Notes: generated by a model not told the origin, from the letters alone. DNA of 64,000 bases from Scyliorhinus canicula (GCF_902713615.1 NW_024056025.1:646657-710656); one strand, 5' to 3'; counted from the stretch's first letter, positions 11,716 to 25,926 are shown. Numbers and translations are program-made.

Positions 11716-12194
11716 GTGTCTTGCACAGTAATAGATGGCGGTGTCTTCGGTCTTCAGGCTCCTCATGGCCAAAGAGAAGATGTTGTTCGAAGTGTCTTTG
11801 GACGCAGTGAATCGATCTTTAATGGCTGGGGCGTAGTTGTTGTTAGATGAACTATAGAAGTAAAGCAGCCACTCCAGCCCCTGTCCGGGAACCTGGCGGA
11901 CCCAGTGCATGTAGTAGCTGCCGAGATCGAAGCCGCTGGTTTTGCAGGTCAGTGTCAGGGAGCCTCCGGGACGCCCAGTCTCTGCCTCTGGCTGAGTCAA
12001 CACAACATCCGACTGGACACCTGTAAAAATATATCAAAAAGCCCGAGGATTAATGCTGGTGAAATGATTGGTGACACTGGAACATTCCATAGAGAGACTA
12101 ACACTGAGACAGTAACAGTGAGAGACTTGGACAATAAAAACTACTCACGGGATAAGAAAGTCAGCAACAAACTGAGAGAAATGGCCCACCTCAT
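11716..12194 (-). CDS. IGHV: IgM-type heavy-chain V gene, germline and intact (leader exon 12194-12149, V exon 12020-11716)
   Basis: 46-nt phase-1 leader [19 protein letters not shown] intron, then [52 protein letters not shown]...[10 protein letters not shown]. Both Cys and the Trp are present; no stops. The IgM versus IgW call is from recalled framework similarity. Confidence 0.96.
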
Positions 12195-12284
12195 CCTTCT
12201 GGTCATTTGGGGGAAATGGTTGTGTCAGGAACTCATGAACAAACCAACTCCCGGACTGTTGGATTCGGGTCCCAGTGAGCGGCA

Positions 12285-12326
12285 TTTAAATACCCGGCAG
12301 AAGGGGGCGGCTTTCCAGGCGCCGCC
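12285..12326 (-). promoter_or_regulatory. VH promoter: TATA-like TATTTAAA plus a GC-rich element
   Basis: TATTTAAA on the minus strand (12292-12285), about 90 bp upstream of the ATG; GC block ggcggc...gccgcc at 12306-12326; no ATGCAAAT octamer seen in the proximal ~250 bp. Confidence 0.55.
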
Positions 12327-15300
12327 TGTTGATTTCCTGGTGGAGGCGGCGACTGGATCCACGTCCCACCTTCCACACCCCCAACAGGATGGACCCAGAG
12401 ATTTACTATAGGATATTATTTTTTAAAAATACATTAGATCGGTATTAATTGTTTGGCTGAATTGATTCATTGTAATGTCTATCCTCATCCGAAAGGAAAA
12501 TTATATTTGAACATCTATAAGTAAAATCTAATTCCATTATATATTAAGTCTCTTTATTTCTACACTCCAATATAAAGGGATGAACACAAGCAGATCAAAT
12601 TACATTATCAGGGAATAAATCGTCTGGCAGTCAGATTTGCAACACTCCGGGACTCTATCCCATTACAACAATAAAGTATAATTTATCAGACATAATGTAA
12701 CTAAATGAGGGAATGAATGACGTGATTACATTTGCAGTGCGGATGGCTAACACTGTACAATGTGGGTCTGTAGACAAGAAGAAACTCCTCACATTACACA
12801 ATGTCTCTCTTTACATTTCTCGATTTGCCCCTGAGCCTCAGACAGTCCTGTGAACATTAGTGGTAAAAGAAGCCGCTTGCCAGATAATTCAGCAGTGAGT
12901 TGACAGCGAAACATAAAATTCACACCAGCTTTTGACAAGAAGTTAATGAATCAGAACGGACGCGGCGATCAGCAAAGTTATCCTTCAGCATCCAAATCAT
13001 TGCCGCTAATTTTACTGACTACCGGCTGTTTAACATTCACTGGTGTTGGGAACACAGGATATCAGGACTTTGCTGCATATTACACAATATCACAGGAATA
13101 AATGTTTTATCTTCCACTAAAGCAGGTCATGAACTGGTCATTTCTCCACTTATTGGCAGCAATGAGAGGGACTGTTAAATAATGGAAATCAGCACAAATT
13201 AAACTGTGCAGAACACGGTGTTAATCGGGTATAAGAGACGCCTCCGTTTAACGGAGATCAACAACTCGGAGAATATCCCAGGAATCCCCCCGAGTTCAAT
13301 GCAGTTTATTTACTTTTATTTCAATTTATTTTATTTTTTGGAATTGGAGTCATCTTATTGAACTTGTAGATTGTGTCCATCAACACCAATCACTCTCTCA
13401 CTTCATTCGGTTCTCAACAAACGGACTTTAATAACTAGAGTGATCTTTACTCAGAAGTAATATAAATTAAATAGCATCTGGTCAGGTTGCTATTTTCCGA
13501 TCATGTTTAATCTCATAGTGAACAAAGCATTCAGTGAATATATTTCTTTGCATGGATCACCATTTAAACGTTTACTTCATGTGCGACTAAAACATTTATT
13601 GTTTGAATGGATAAATCCCATTTAATCCATTCATATTCAGGCTAATCTGCCCCACACAGTATTTGGCAGCAATCCAGCCGCCTGCAGTCAGGGAGGCTCG
13701 AATGTTCAATGTTGTTTACAGGAAGCATCTGTACTTTTTTTTCAAAGATCTGTTTGCTCAGTACTGACCGCTTGGCTGCAATCCAACTTCAAACTCTTAA
13801 CATTGTCAATGAGGACTATTTATAAACAAATCTACCCAGCAACAGTACTGGAGATCTTTTTATGTTTTAAATTGTGAACCTATTTGAACTGTTCCCATCC
13901 CTAAGGAAAGGAGAGTTATCCAGCTTCTCTGACCAATCGTAGCAATTGCCGGCTGGAGTATCTCTTCCACATCTCATAACATTGTGATGATGGATAGGAA
14001 TACAAGCAGACTATCAGACAGGGGCTACATTTTGTAATAGATAAACATGTACATTTACGTGTTTTTCCCTTTATTCTTCCATGGAATGTGGGAGTCATTG
14101 TCAAGACCACCATATGTTCCCTGTCCCTAATTGCTGTTGAACTGAGTGGTTTGCTGGGCCAGCTCAGAAGGAACTGAAGAGTCAGACATGTTGCTGCCGA
14201 CTGGAGCCACATGTATGTGAGACCAGGGAGGGATGTTAGATTTCCTTCATTAGTGAAGCAGAGGGGGTTTCATGGTGACCATTAGTATGTATTCCGGATT
14301 TATTAACTGAACTCAAATTCCCCCACCGGCCATGGTGGGATTTGTACCCAAGCCCCCACAGAATTAGCCCGGGCCTTTGGATTATTGGTTCAATGTCATT
14401 AATACTCCCCCACTACCGACCCAAAAGATAAAGGGATTATTGCTTTGATGTAGGGATGGATGTTTGTTAGATGCCTGAATATTTTGATTGTGGAATCGGT
14501 GAATGGGTTTGATGGATGCATGGATAGATGGTCCTGAAAGATGCTGTTCTACATTCTCAGTTTTGTGCTTGATGACTTCACAAATTAAATCAGGCCCTTT
14601 ATAATTTGTGTCAGTATAATGCATTCGGTGGCTCAAGCTTTTCTGGGTGAATTCCATCCCCAGACTATCGGGAACTGATGAGATGGACGTCACTAAGAGG
14701 AAACTTGAGATATCCTGCGGTTCTGGTGATTCTTCTCTGCTGATCGCGAATCTTCATCTCCAAGGCAGAAAGCAGGAACATGATGACGTTGAGGGGGGAC
14801 GGTTGTAATATTTGGAACATGTGGTAATTTCATGTACAATAGGTCAATTAAGATGTCCTCACCCAAATTAATGAAGACACCAGACTGAAAACACATTAAT
14901 GTGAAATCTGAAATACTGTGAAACTCAGTGGACAGCTGCAGACGTTGAATTAGTTTCCAAATCATTGTAATAACATACTGGGATTCAAAGATTCATAAGC
15001 GTCACATTGGGTACAGACATTTTCATTTCTACCGACACTTTAAAAATCATCTCATACTCCAGTCTGGCGATTCTGTGTGACGATGTGGTGATTACTGACC
15101 AAACAGCGCAGAGGCTGCTGGGTAGCTGCACATAATCCTCGGCCTGGTTTAATTCCATTTCACATTGAATTCTGATGCAGATGTGACTACTCGGTGACAG
15201 AATAGTCAATCCTATCTCAATTAAATTATGTTGAACATATGACTATAGGAATTAGGAGCGGAAGTAGGCAGTTCAGCCCTTTGAGCCTGCTCCGCCATTC

Positions 15301-15489
15301 AATCATCATGGCTGATCTCTTCCTGGTCTCAAATCCACCTCCCTTAAATGAATTGCATTTACAGTTTGTAAAAAAAAGTGTGGATCATAATTGGTGAATA
15401 TAACGTTTTATGTTGTGAGTTGATGATAATTGATTAATATAATTATTTAACTTTGTGAATTGTGACAATTGGTAATATTCGCCACGGAA

Positions 15490-16170
15490 TTGCTAAACAA
15501 TGACCATCTCCAGCAAAATAGAATCTCACCATCGCCATTTGATTTTGACTGATACTGCCATCGCTGAATCCCGCACGATCAAGACACTGGGGTTACTATT
15601 GACCAGAAACGGTACTGGTCTAACCATATAAATGCTGAGGCTACAAGATCCGGTCAGCGTCTCGGAAGCCTGCAGCATGCAACTCAACTCTTGATTCCGA
15701 AAGCCTGTTCACCATCTGCAAGGCACAAGTCAGGACTGTTGAATACTCTGACACCTTCCAGGCCAAAGCAGCTCCGCTTGATTGCCGCCCTATGCGCAAA
15801 CACTCATTCCATCCACCACCGACTGACAATGGCAATCATGTACCATCCACAAGATGAGCTGCAGGAGCGCAGCAAGTCTCCCTTGAAACACTTTCTAAAC
15901 CCAGGACCATTACCTTCTAGAAGGAAAAGGCAGCTGACACATGGGAAGATGACCACCTGGAAATTCCCCTCTAGATCACTCACTATCCTGACTTGGAAAT
16001 ATATCACAGAATCTTCAGTGTCGCTGATTCAAAAACCTACAACTGCCTCCCTAACAGCATCGTCGGTGTATCTACACCAGAGTGACTGCAGAGGTTCAAA
16101 CAAGCAGTTCACCGCCTCTTTGTGAAAGGCAATTAGCGATGGACAATAAGTCATGGCCGAGCCCTCGATG
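15490..16170 (+). mobile_element. Degenerate LINE 3' fragment (CR1-like, tentative)
   Basis: Decayed RT C-terminal-like sequence resembling the fragments at 21-22 kb, 46.1-46.9 kb and 54.0-54.8 kb. Confidence 0.5.
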
Positions 16171-16429
16171 GCCACACCGTATAACTTAATTTAAAACTGT
16201 ACTTTATGGAACGCTGGCAATTTGTGAATCTAGTTATTTATATTCATAAATGAACGAAAATTGGTGAATATTATTGCTATGTTTCTGAACATTTATGACC
16301 GACGCCTTCTCTCCTGGAAGATATAACCCATCCCACAGGAGATTCATGATGCAAAATCATAACCAATATCTGAAAATAAAGTGGACAGAGGAGACTGCAG
16401 CAACCATTGACATAACTCACTCATAGCAG

Positions 16430-17820
16430 CACTGGGAAGGCCTTTCCAATGGTCACACTTTAAACACTTCATCTGCTTTCAGGCCAAATGTTGCTGGAAG
16501 AATGGTGATGTGTTTGCGTCACAAGGTTTACTCTGGACATGATCTGCTCCCTCTGCCACATGCCTACCTCTTCACCTTACTTTCGTCAATCTCGATAAAT
16601 ATTCGACACTGTCCACAGAGTAGGGGCTATATGATTTGGGGGAAATTGGCTGACTGCTGAAGCTCCCCTGTCGCATTCACTCCTTCCATGGTAAAATGCA
16701 CTGCACGGGGACAGAGTGATCATTCCACTTCCGACAGATTCTAAGTGAATAATTGAGTGAAAGAGGACCATGTCCCACACCCACCTCTATTCGGCAGCTT
16801 CCTCTCCATGCTGCCGATCTTCGCCTTACCCGAAGACAAGAATAAAATCCACTAACACACTCGGTCAGGCTGCAACCTCTACAACCTCTTAGTCATCAAA
16901 ACGGAGACATAATCACAATACATCCTCATCAGAGAATTCCTCTACGCTGAAAATTCGATCATCAAAACAAAACAACATATTCAGAGACTCATGGACTGTG
17001 TCCTCGGTGCCTGTATCTTGTCTTCCTTACCATAAGCATGAGGAAAATCGTAGTTGTGGGTCAAGGTGTTGCACTTTCGCTGTGGTCACACTAAATAAGA
17101 GCCGGTGAGCAGATTCTGCTCCCGAGTTTCCATGGTGAGAGACTGCCTTGATGTAGAATGTAATTCATGGGGAAAACAGTTACGACCTTTGTTTTACTCA
17201 ATGAATGCCCATGGAATAACATCAAGCTGGCCCTTTGGAACAAGCTGATGCTTTATAAGGCCTAAACTCTCTGAACCATGTTGTCTGGCTGTGAAACAAG
17301 GAACAGTTGCAGCTGTGAAGAAAAATAGCTCAGCCAATGTCATCTTTGTTGTCCGCAATGCATTATGGATATTTACTGGCCGAACACAATCAGAAATGCG
17401 GCAGTTCTCTCAAAGACAGAGCATCCAAGTCTCTCCAAGATAAAAAGAGGTGGTTTGCACATTTCCAGTGTGGTCCCTAAATTGGCCATGGTCACGCGAG
17501 CAAGGAATTTGAAAAATGAAATGAAATGAAAATCGCTTATTGTCACGAGTAGGCTTCAATGAAGTTACTGTGAAAAGCCCCTAGTGGCCACATTTCGGCG
17601 CCTGTTCGGGGAGGCTGGTACGGGAATTGAACCGTGCTGCTGGCCTGCTTGGTCTGCTTAAAAAGCCAGCGATTTAGCTGAGTGAGCTAAACCAGCCCCT
17701 TTGCGAAGTAGCCGGAGCCACGCTCCCAGTGGGAAGGCCGATATTCCACTTCAAGGATTCTTCCAAGTGTGATATAATGTCCGGAAACCTAAACATTGAA
17801 CATCGCAATTGGGTGTCACC
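16430..17820 (+). mobile_element. Degenerate RTE-clade LINE fragment interrupted by a SINE
   Basis: FLYAEN (decayed LYADD) near 16940; CEVAGATLPVGRPIFHFKDSSKCD from 17702 resembles the RTE C-terminal GELxxGxRxxGRPxxxxKD motif. Confidence 0.6.
17517..17700 (-). mobile_element. tRNA-derived SINE (second family; related copy at ~24810-24980 on +)
   Basis: Minus strand ggggctggtttagctcactcagctaaatcgc...ggttcaattccc (A/B boxes) with a (TTTCA)n tail. Confidence 0.8.
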
Positions 17821-18310
17821 AGCTGCAAACTGAAAAAATGGCCACACTTAAGGTGGGCTGGTGTGTACCACCAGGACCAGTGGACTTAGCAAGTTTGAAA
17901 TAGACACAAACCGAGAAAATGACAACCCACACACACATACAGTCTCTCACACACGCATTCTCTCTGATTTCCACGGACACCCACATTTCCCCATTAAAAT
18001 TAAAATCCCATATTAACTTCCTGGGAAGCTTCGGAGACATTGATCCCAACCATTTTCCAGGTGGTATAATGAACCAATAACCTCTCCCCAACACTATGTT
18101 TGTTAGATGAATGTTACTTTTCCCATGGACTCTATGCAACGTCCAGGTAAACATTCCTCTATTTAACAAAGATGAACAAAAATGCATGACCAGGAATTGA
18201 GCAGCTTTGCTCTGTTTCTGATCTCAATGTGGGAGAATCAGCCAGCGACACCTGCAATTAGTTACACCTTATATTTTGGCATCTCCCGCCGAAGGCGATA
18301 TGGTATTACG

Positions 18311-20082
18311 TTGGGATTGGATTGGATTTGTTTATTGTCACGTGTACCGAGGTACAGTGAAAAGTATTTTTCTGCAAGCAGCTCAACAGATCATTCAGTA
18401 CATGGGAAGAAAAGGGAATTAAACAGAATTCAAGAAAATACATGAGACTACATAATAGGGCAACACAATATATACAATGTACTACATAAGCATTGGCATC
18501 GGATGAAGCAGACATGGGTGTAGTGTTAATGAGGTCAGTCCATAAGAGGGTCATTTAGGAGTCTGGTGACAGTGGGGAAGAAGCTGTTTTTGAGTTTGTT
18601 CGTCCGTGTTTTCAGACTTCTGAATCTCCTGCCCGATGGAAGAAGTTGGAAAAGTGAGTAAGCCGGGTGGGAGGGATCCTTGATTATGCTGCCCGCTTTC
18701 CCCCGGCAGCGGGAGGTGTAGATGGAATCAATGGATGGGAGGCAGGTTCGTGTGATGGACTGGGCGGTATTCATGACTCTCTGAAGTTCCTTGCGGTCCT
18801 GGGCCGAGTAGTTGCCATACCAGGCTGTGATGCAGCCAGATAGGATGCTCTCTATAGTGCATCTGTAAAAGTTGGTAAGGGTTAATGTGGACATGCCGAA
18901 TTTCCTTAGTTTCCTGAGGAAGTAAAGGCGCTGTTGTGCTTTCTTGTTGATAGCATCGACATGAGTGGACCAGGATAGATTTTTGGTGATGTGCACCCCT
19001 AGGAATTTGAAACTGCTCACCATCTCTACCTCGGCTCCGTTGATGCTGACAGGGGTGTGTACAGTACTTTGCTTCCTGAAGTCGATGACCAGCTCTTTAG
19101 TTTTGCTGGCATTAAGGGAGAGATTGTTGTCGCTGCACCACTCCACTAGGTTCTCTATCTCCCTCCTGTATTCGGACTCGTCGTTATTCGAGATCCGGCC
19201 CACTATGGTCGTATCGTCAGCAAACTTGTAGATGGAGTTGGAACCAAGTTTTGCCATGCAGTCGTGTGTGTACAGGGAGTAGAGTAGGGGGCTAAGTACA
19301 CAGCCTTGTGGGGCACCGGTATTGAGGACTATTGTGGAGGAGGTGTTGGTGTTCATTCTTACTGACTGTGGTCTGTTGGTCAGAAAGTCAAGGATCCAGT
19401 TGCAGAGTGGAGAGCCAAGTCCTAGGTTTTGGAGCTTTGATATGAGCTTGGCTGGGATTATGGTGTTGAAGGCGGAGCTGTAGTCAATAAATAGGAGTCT
19501 GATGTAGGAGTCCTTGTTTTCGAGATGCTCTAGGGATGAGTGTAGGGCCAGGGATATGGCGTCTGATGTGGACCGGTTGCGATTGTATGCGAATTGAAGT
19601 GGGTCAAGGTGTTCCGGGAGTATGGAGGTGATGCGCTTCATGATCAGCCTCTCGAAGCACTTCATTACAACTGACGTCAGGGCCACCGGGCGGTAGTCAT
19701 TGAGGCACGTTGCCTGGTTCTTCTTTGGTACCGGTATGATGGTAGTCTTCTTGAAGCAGGTGGGGACCTCGGAGTGGAGTAGGGATAGGTTAAAGATGTC
19801 TGTAAAAACCTCTGCCAGCTGGTCCGCGCAGGCTCTGAGTGCACGACCAGGGATCCCGTCCGGGCCCATCGCCTTCCGTGGGTTCACATTCAGGAAGGCC
19901 GATCTGACTTCGGAAACTTGATGGTGGGTATGGGTGAATTATGGGTTGCTGGGGCACTCGATAGCGGATTGTTGGTTACCTGCTCAAACCGAGCATAGAA
20001 TGCATTAAGTTCATCGGGGAGGGGTGCACTGCTGCCAGAGATACTGCTCGGCTTCGCTTTGTAGCCCGTTATGTTGCTCATA
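18311..20082 (-). mobile_element. Rex1/Babar-type non-LTR retrotransposon, 5'-truncated, open RT domain (ORF 19887-18535)
   Basis: [58 protein letters not shown]; upstream LPDELNAFYARFE in a shifted frame; (AATCC)n-type tail. Confidence 0.9.
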
Positions 20083-20560
20083 TGTTTGTGGAAAAAGGAT
20101 TAGTGATACATCATCATCATGGATCATACCTGACAGTGACATTTCACAGTAACTGCAATTGCACAGTTTGGCCAGCAGATGGCATTTACATCGAGATGCC
20201 TGACGATACATGAAGCGGACATTAACTCAATAATTAATGCAGTGATCCCCGTCTGTTCATTTTAAATTGGACTCCATCTGTATTTTTGTTAGACTAGACT
20301 CTGTCTTTGTTTATAATACACGACACTCTGTGTCAATTAATACTGCACCAGTACATCTCAATGTGTATGCCACATAATCACTGTGATCCCATTTTCAATG
20401 TTTCGGATCTGCCTTTGCAGTTTTGCCACATCCAGTCCTGAATAGTAATGAACAAATAGACAAAAAGCTGGAATAGGAGCCTCAATAAAATTTCCCTCTT
20501 CAGTTATGGGGGAGCCCAGCACATCAGTGCAAAAAACAAGACAAAGTTCCTGTCAGCCTT

Positions 20561-20891
20561 AGATATAGATATAGAACAGTACAGCACAGAACAGGCCCTT
20601 CGGCCCTCGATGTTGTGCCGAGCAATGATCACCCTACTTAAACCCACGTAACCCGTATACCCGTAACCCAACAATCCCCCCATTAACCTTACACTACGGG
20701 CAATTTAGCATGGCCAATCCACCTAACCCGCACATCTTTGGACTGTGGGAGGAAACCGGAGCACCCGGAGGAAACCCACGCACACACGGGGAGGACGTGC
20801 AGACTCCACACAGACAGTGACCCAGCCGGGAATCGAACCTGGGACCCTGGAACTGTGAAGCATTGATGCTAACCACCATGCTACCGTGAGG
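20561..20891 (-). mobile_element. Young tRNA-derived SINE (HE1-like) with a CR1-like (TGTTCTA)n tail
   Basis: Near-identical to the copies at 22975, 25582, 30675, 36841 and 46234; A box ggtagcatggtggttagc, B box ggttcgattccc. Confidence 0.92.
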
Positions 20892-21039
20892 CCTCGAATA
20901 TGGTGCAGAACATTGAGTAATCATCAGCGAACATTCCCACTTCTGACGTTATGATGAAGGGTGAAGCTCGGGCCGGGGGCACTATGCTAGGACACTAGGA
21001 TCACCTTGCCGAGGATGATCCATCTCGGCCTCCTCCGGT

Positions 21040-22260
21040 GGTCTGCATCATCATGGATGTCAGTCTTCAGCAAATTTGATTCACTCCACACGATATCAAC
21101 AAATGGCTGACGGTGCTGCAAATGTTATTATCCCTGGCAGCATTCCAGCAACAAGACTGAAGATTTGTGCTGCAGAACTAGCTGCGCCCCAGGCAAGTTT
21201 CTCCAGTGCAGGTACAGCACTGACATGTACCCAACAATGTGTAACATTGCCAAACATGACCCGTCCACAAAAGGCAGGAAAAATCCAACCCGGCCAATTA
21301 TTTCCTTATCCGTCCGCACTCGGTCATCAGCAACTTCATGAAAAGTGTCAAGGAGCATCCTGTCAAGTATAGTGTCCTGGCATAGTGCCCCCGGCCCTAG
21401 CCTCACCCTTCATCATAACGTCAGAAGTGGGAATGTTCGCTGATGATTACTCAATGTTCTGCACCATATTCGACTCCACAAATACTGAAGCAGTCTCTCT
21501 TCATATGCAACAGACTTGGACAACATTCAGGTTTGGGCTGACAAGTGTCAGGGAATGACCATCCCAAAAAGGGAGATGCTAACCATGTCCCCTGGACTTT
21601 AAATGACACTACCGCGATGTAATCCCCCACTATAAACATCCTCTGGATTATCATTGATTAAAAACTGAAGAGGAAGAATCTTTTAAATAATATTGCTACA
21701 AGAGCAGGTCAGTGGCTGGAAATTCTGGAAATTCACCTCCTGACTTCCTAACCCAGAACCACCATCGATAAGGTAGAAGTCAGGAGTTTAATTGAATGTT
21801 CTCCATTTGTCTGAAATGTGTTCCTCAAGCAATTTTGAGAATCGCGACGCCATCCAGGACAAAGCAGCCGTCTCGGCGAACACCCCATCCACCAGCTTAA
21901 ATATTCACTCCCTAAATCACGGGCGTACAATTGTAGCAGCGTGAACGATATACAAGGATCTACTGCAGCAAGTGCCTCCTTCTATAGCACCTTCCAAACC
22001 CACGAACTCAGCGATCTAAAAGGACCAGGTCCAGCAGATGCATTGTAACAGCAGGACCTGCAAGTTACCCACCAAGCCACACACATCTTGATGGGAACTA
22101 TGTCTCTGTTCCTTCACTGTCACTTGTCAAAATCCTGGAACTCCCTTCCTATCAGCACTGTGGATGTACTTACTCAGTATAGAATACAATGGTTCAATAA
22201 GAGGGCTCAACACCACATTCTCGAGGGGAATTAGGAATTGGCATCAAATGCTGACGTTAC
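21040..22260 (+). mobile_element. Degenerate LINE RT fragment (CR1-like)
   Basis: GMFADD motif at ~21430 (ggaatgttcgctgatgat) followed by decayed RT C-terminal sequence. Confidence 0.65.
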
Positions 22261-22974
22261 TGTCGAAGCCAAGATCCTATTAAATCATTTTAAACATATC
22301 ATTTCTCTGCTTACATTCACCTAGCCCCGGCCTCTGTTTACATTACTCTCGGCCGTGTGTCTATCACATTGCAACAGGCTCTGTCTCAGTTTTCCTGCAC
22401 TCGGCTGAATATCAGTTATTAATATACCAGCACACACCCTGTTTATATTACTAATCATTAATAATGACGGCACTGCCACATGTCTGGGTTAATCTGGCAA
22501 GAAACACGTCACAATGGTTACAGCATCAGAACGTTTATCCGTGCATCGTAACTGGAACAACGGTCTGTTTGCATCACGTGGTTCAGTCTCAGTTATTACT
22601 CTACTAGATCGTTAGATTCTAATAAACTCAATCCTGCTTTAGTTAATGCTGCACCTGCCCATGTCCCTATTTATCTCACACTCGGCTCTGCCTGTTATTC
22701 TTGTATTATACAATATCCTTCTTATTGCTGCATTGTTTATGTCTCAATTTGTGTCAGTCGACACTCCGCTAGACCAGAACTCAGATTATATTGCACTCGA
22801 CCCAGTCTCTGCTTATGTTACCGGCGGCACGGTTATACAGTGGTTAGCACTGCTGCCACATAGATCCAGGGTTCAATTCTTGAATATCGTGTGGCGTTTG
22901 CACTTTCCCCCTGTGTCTGAGTGGCATTCCTCCGGGTGCTCCGGCTTCCTCCCATAGTCGAAAGATTTAGAATT

Positions 22975-23320
22975 TAGAACATAGAACAGTACAGCACAGA
23001 ACAGGCCCTTCGGCCCTCGATGTTGTGCCGAGCAATGATCACCCTACTCAAACCCACGTATCCACCCTATACCCGTAACCCAACAACCCCCCCTTAAACT
23101 TACTTATTTTTTTAGGACACTACGGGCAATTTAGCATGGCCAATCCACCTAACCCGCACATCTTTGGACTGTGGGAGGAAACCGGAGCACCCGGAGGAAA
23201 CCCACGCACACACGGGGAGGACGTGCAGACTCCGCACAGACAGTGACCCAGCCGGGAACCGAACCTGGGACCCTGGAGCTGTGAAGCATTTATGCTAACC
23301 ACCATGCTACCGTGCTGCCC
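22975..23320 (-). mobile_element. Young SINE inserted into an older plus-strand SINE (~22826-23470)
   Basis: Same family as 20561; the flanks join into one older SINE (ggcggcacggttatacagtggttagc...aaagat | cagatgtgtag...). Confidence 0.9.
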
Positions 23321-24639
23321 ACAGATGTGTAGTTTAAGTTTATTGGCCATTCTAAATTGCTCGTGAGTGTCCAGGGATGCGCTGGGCAGGGGATTGGGGA
23401 GGGTGCTCTTTCATAGGTCGGTGCAGATGCTATGGGCCGAGTGACGTTCTACCCTGTAGGGATTCTATATTTGATCCTGAATTTGTCTATTTTTTTCCGA
23501 GACCTGCTCACTTTTACGAATGCACCAGATGATGTCTCTGCGTTTAACTGTGGGCGCATTATTCCACATGTCTTTGAGATGGAAGTATAAAATAATAAAT
23601 AGATATTTTGGACAAGAAATCAGTATATGGCAACAGCCTGAAACGGGATGTATAGTGTATACAGTATATGCTGTGCAACATTTGATATTCATTTTCAGTG
23701 CAGTCAGCGGAATTAGATTTCAGTTGGCACTTCTTCGTTGCCGGTGCCCAAGACCAATTCCTACCCCAGAGAGTTGGATGTGGAGGAGGATGCAGAGTAT
23801 TGTGTTCCCATGTGCTTGCTGCCCTTGTGATTCTCGGAGGTCTCGTGTATGGAAGGTGCTGTTGAACAATTCTTGACGAGTTGTGGCAGTGCATCCCGTC
23901 GATGTTACACAATGCAGCTACTGTGTGCCTGTTGTGAAGAGAATGAATGTTGCTATAACATGAGGTACTCAGATATTTATCTAATGGTCCTTTGTTTCTG
24001 TTGCACAATTACAACTATTCAATTCCCTTAGTCTATTGCACTAGGCCCAGGCAATGGAAGTGAAGTTGTACAATTTGAAATGGCTGCAAGAAGATCAGAA
24101 AGATCTGCGGGTGTCTGTACACACAGCTAGGGTGCTGGCAAGACAGATTATGACGTTTATCTGGACATAGATTAGCATTGCTCATTAAAGCATTTTACAT
24201 TATTACATTATTATCTTCACACTTTCCACCCCAGCCACTTTCCACATTACTGTGCATTCTCTTCCGCAGCAATGACTGAGGTCGGGTCCAATTTAATATG
24301 AACAGAGACATGGCCCAGTGCAGTACTGAGGCTGTATCTAATGTAACACAGAGACAGGTTTAAATTAATAGAAACAGAGTCAGGTTCTAGGTTAATCTAA
24401 ACAGAGACAAACAGGGTCCATAAGATATAGGAGTAGAATTAGGCCATTCGACCCATCGAGGCTGCTCCGCCATTAAATCATGGCCGATATTTTCCTCATC
24501 TTCATTCTCCTGCCTTCTCCCAATAACCCTTGAACTCCTTATTGATCAAGACAATCCTCTAATTGGTGGCCTAGTTTAATATGAACAAATAGAAAAAGGT
24601 CCTTATTGAATATTAACTGACACAAGTACGAGGTAGTAT

Positions 24640-25470
24640 AACACAGACAGAGACGGGTTCACGGTCAGGTACAATACAGAGGCAGGGCCGACTGTCCCTT
24701 CAAACACTCGCAGGACAGTTGGCTCACTGGTTGGAGACATGACTTCGCCAGGACTTCTTCAATCACACTGTCCCCATCAAACATTCCCAGAGCAGCTGCA
24801 GATTGTAAGGGGGGCTGGTTTAGCACAGTGGGGTAAATAGCTGACTTGCAATGCAGAACAATGCCATCAGTGTGGGTTCAATTCCCATACCGGGCTCTAC
24901 GGACAGGCGCCGGAATGTGGCGACTAGGGGCTTTTCACAGTAACGTCATTGAAGCCGACTTGTGACAATAAGCTCTCATTATACAGAATTAAATTCCCTC
25001 TAAATCACTCGCTTAAACACATTAAATGTCTGGAAATCAAGGGTTCTATGCCAGGTAAAACCTCTTCTGCACTCTTCCTCAGAGATCCCCAAGGCAGGTT
25101 GACAGTGGGGAAAAGAAACCTGTGCATTTACTGGATGAAGAAACTTGTGCATTTTTCCATCGAACTCACCCAGGCCAGGTACAGCATAGTTCAGATACGG
25201 AGTAAATCTCCCTGTGCACAGTCATAACAAACACTCACAGGGCAGGTTCAGTGCAGGTTACATGCCAGTAAAGCTTGCTCTTCCCTGGACAATCAAATGC
25301 TCCAAGGTCACGGCAGCTTGGTGAAGTACAAGGAAAGATTCTCCGGCCCTTCCACCTCAAATCCTCGCCACCATGTGCACCCAAACCAGATACAGAGTAA
25401 AATTGTCTCTGCAGTTCTCATTAAACACTCCAAGGTCATGAATACTCCAGCCACAATTTAGAGTTAAATC
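24640..25470. repeat. Degenerate dispersed tandem repeat (aaacactcccaggacaggtacag...agagtaaa type); related array at ~38330-38730
   Basis: Repeated decayed motifs aaacactc / ggacaggt / cagagtaaa. Confidence 0.5.
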
Positions 25471-25581
25471 CCTCTATGTATTCCAATTCATTGGATTCAA
25501 TCTATCTAGTTGTGAGCCAACGGGGTGAGGTCGGGGTGAGATCGGGCTGAGAGAATGAATGTATTGGCCACATGTTGACTT

Positions 25582-25926
25582 CATAGAACATAGAACAGTA
25601 CAGCACAGCACAGCACAGAACAGGCCCTTCGGCCTTCGATGTTGTGCCAAGCAATGATCACCCCACTCAAACCCACCCTATACCCGTAACCCAACAACCC
25701 CCCCTTAACCTTACTTTTTAGGACACTACGGGCAATTTAGCATGGCCAATCCACCTAACCCGCACATCTTTGGACTGTGGGAGGAAACCGGAGCACCCGG
25801 AGGAAACCCACGCACACACGGGGAGGACGTGCAGACTCCACACAGACAGTGACCCAGCCGGGAATCGAACCTGGGATCCTGGAGCTGTGAAGCATTTATG
25901 CTAACCACCATGCTACCATGCTGCCC
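25582..25926 (-). mobile_element. Young SINE (HE1-like)
   Basis: Same family as 20561; the paralogous site at ~31450 is empty. Confidence 0.92.

Noticed and set aside
11905-12411. 168-aa plus-strand ORF
   Set aside because: Antisense overlap of the VH exons and promoter.
23465-24031. Cluster of overlapping 60-150 aa ORFs
   Set aside because: No recognisable domain or splice structure; partly LINE-derived.
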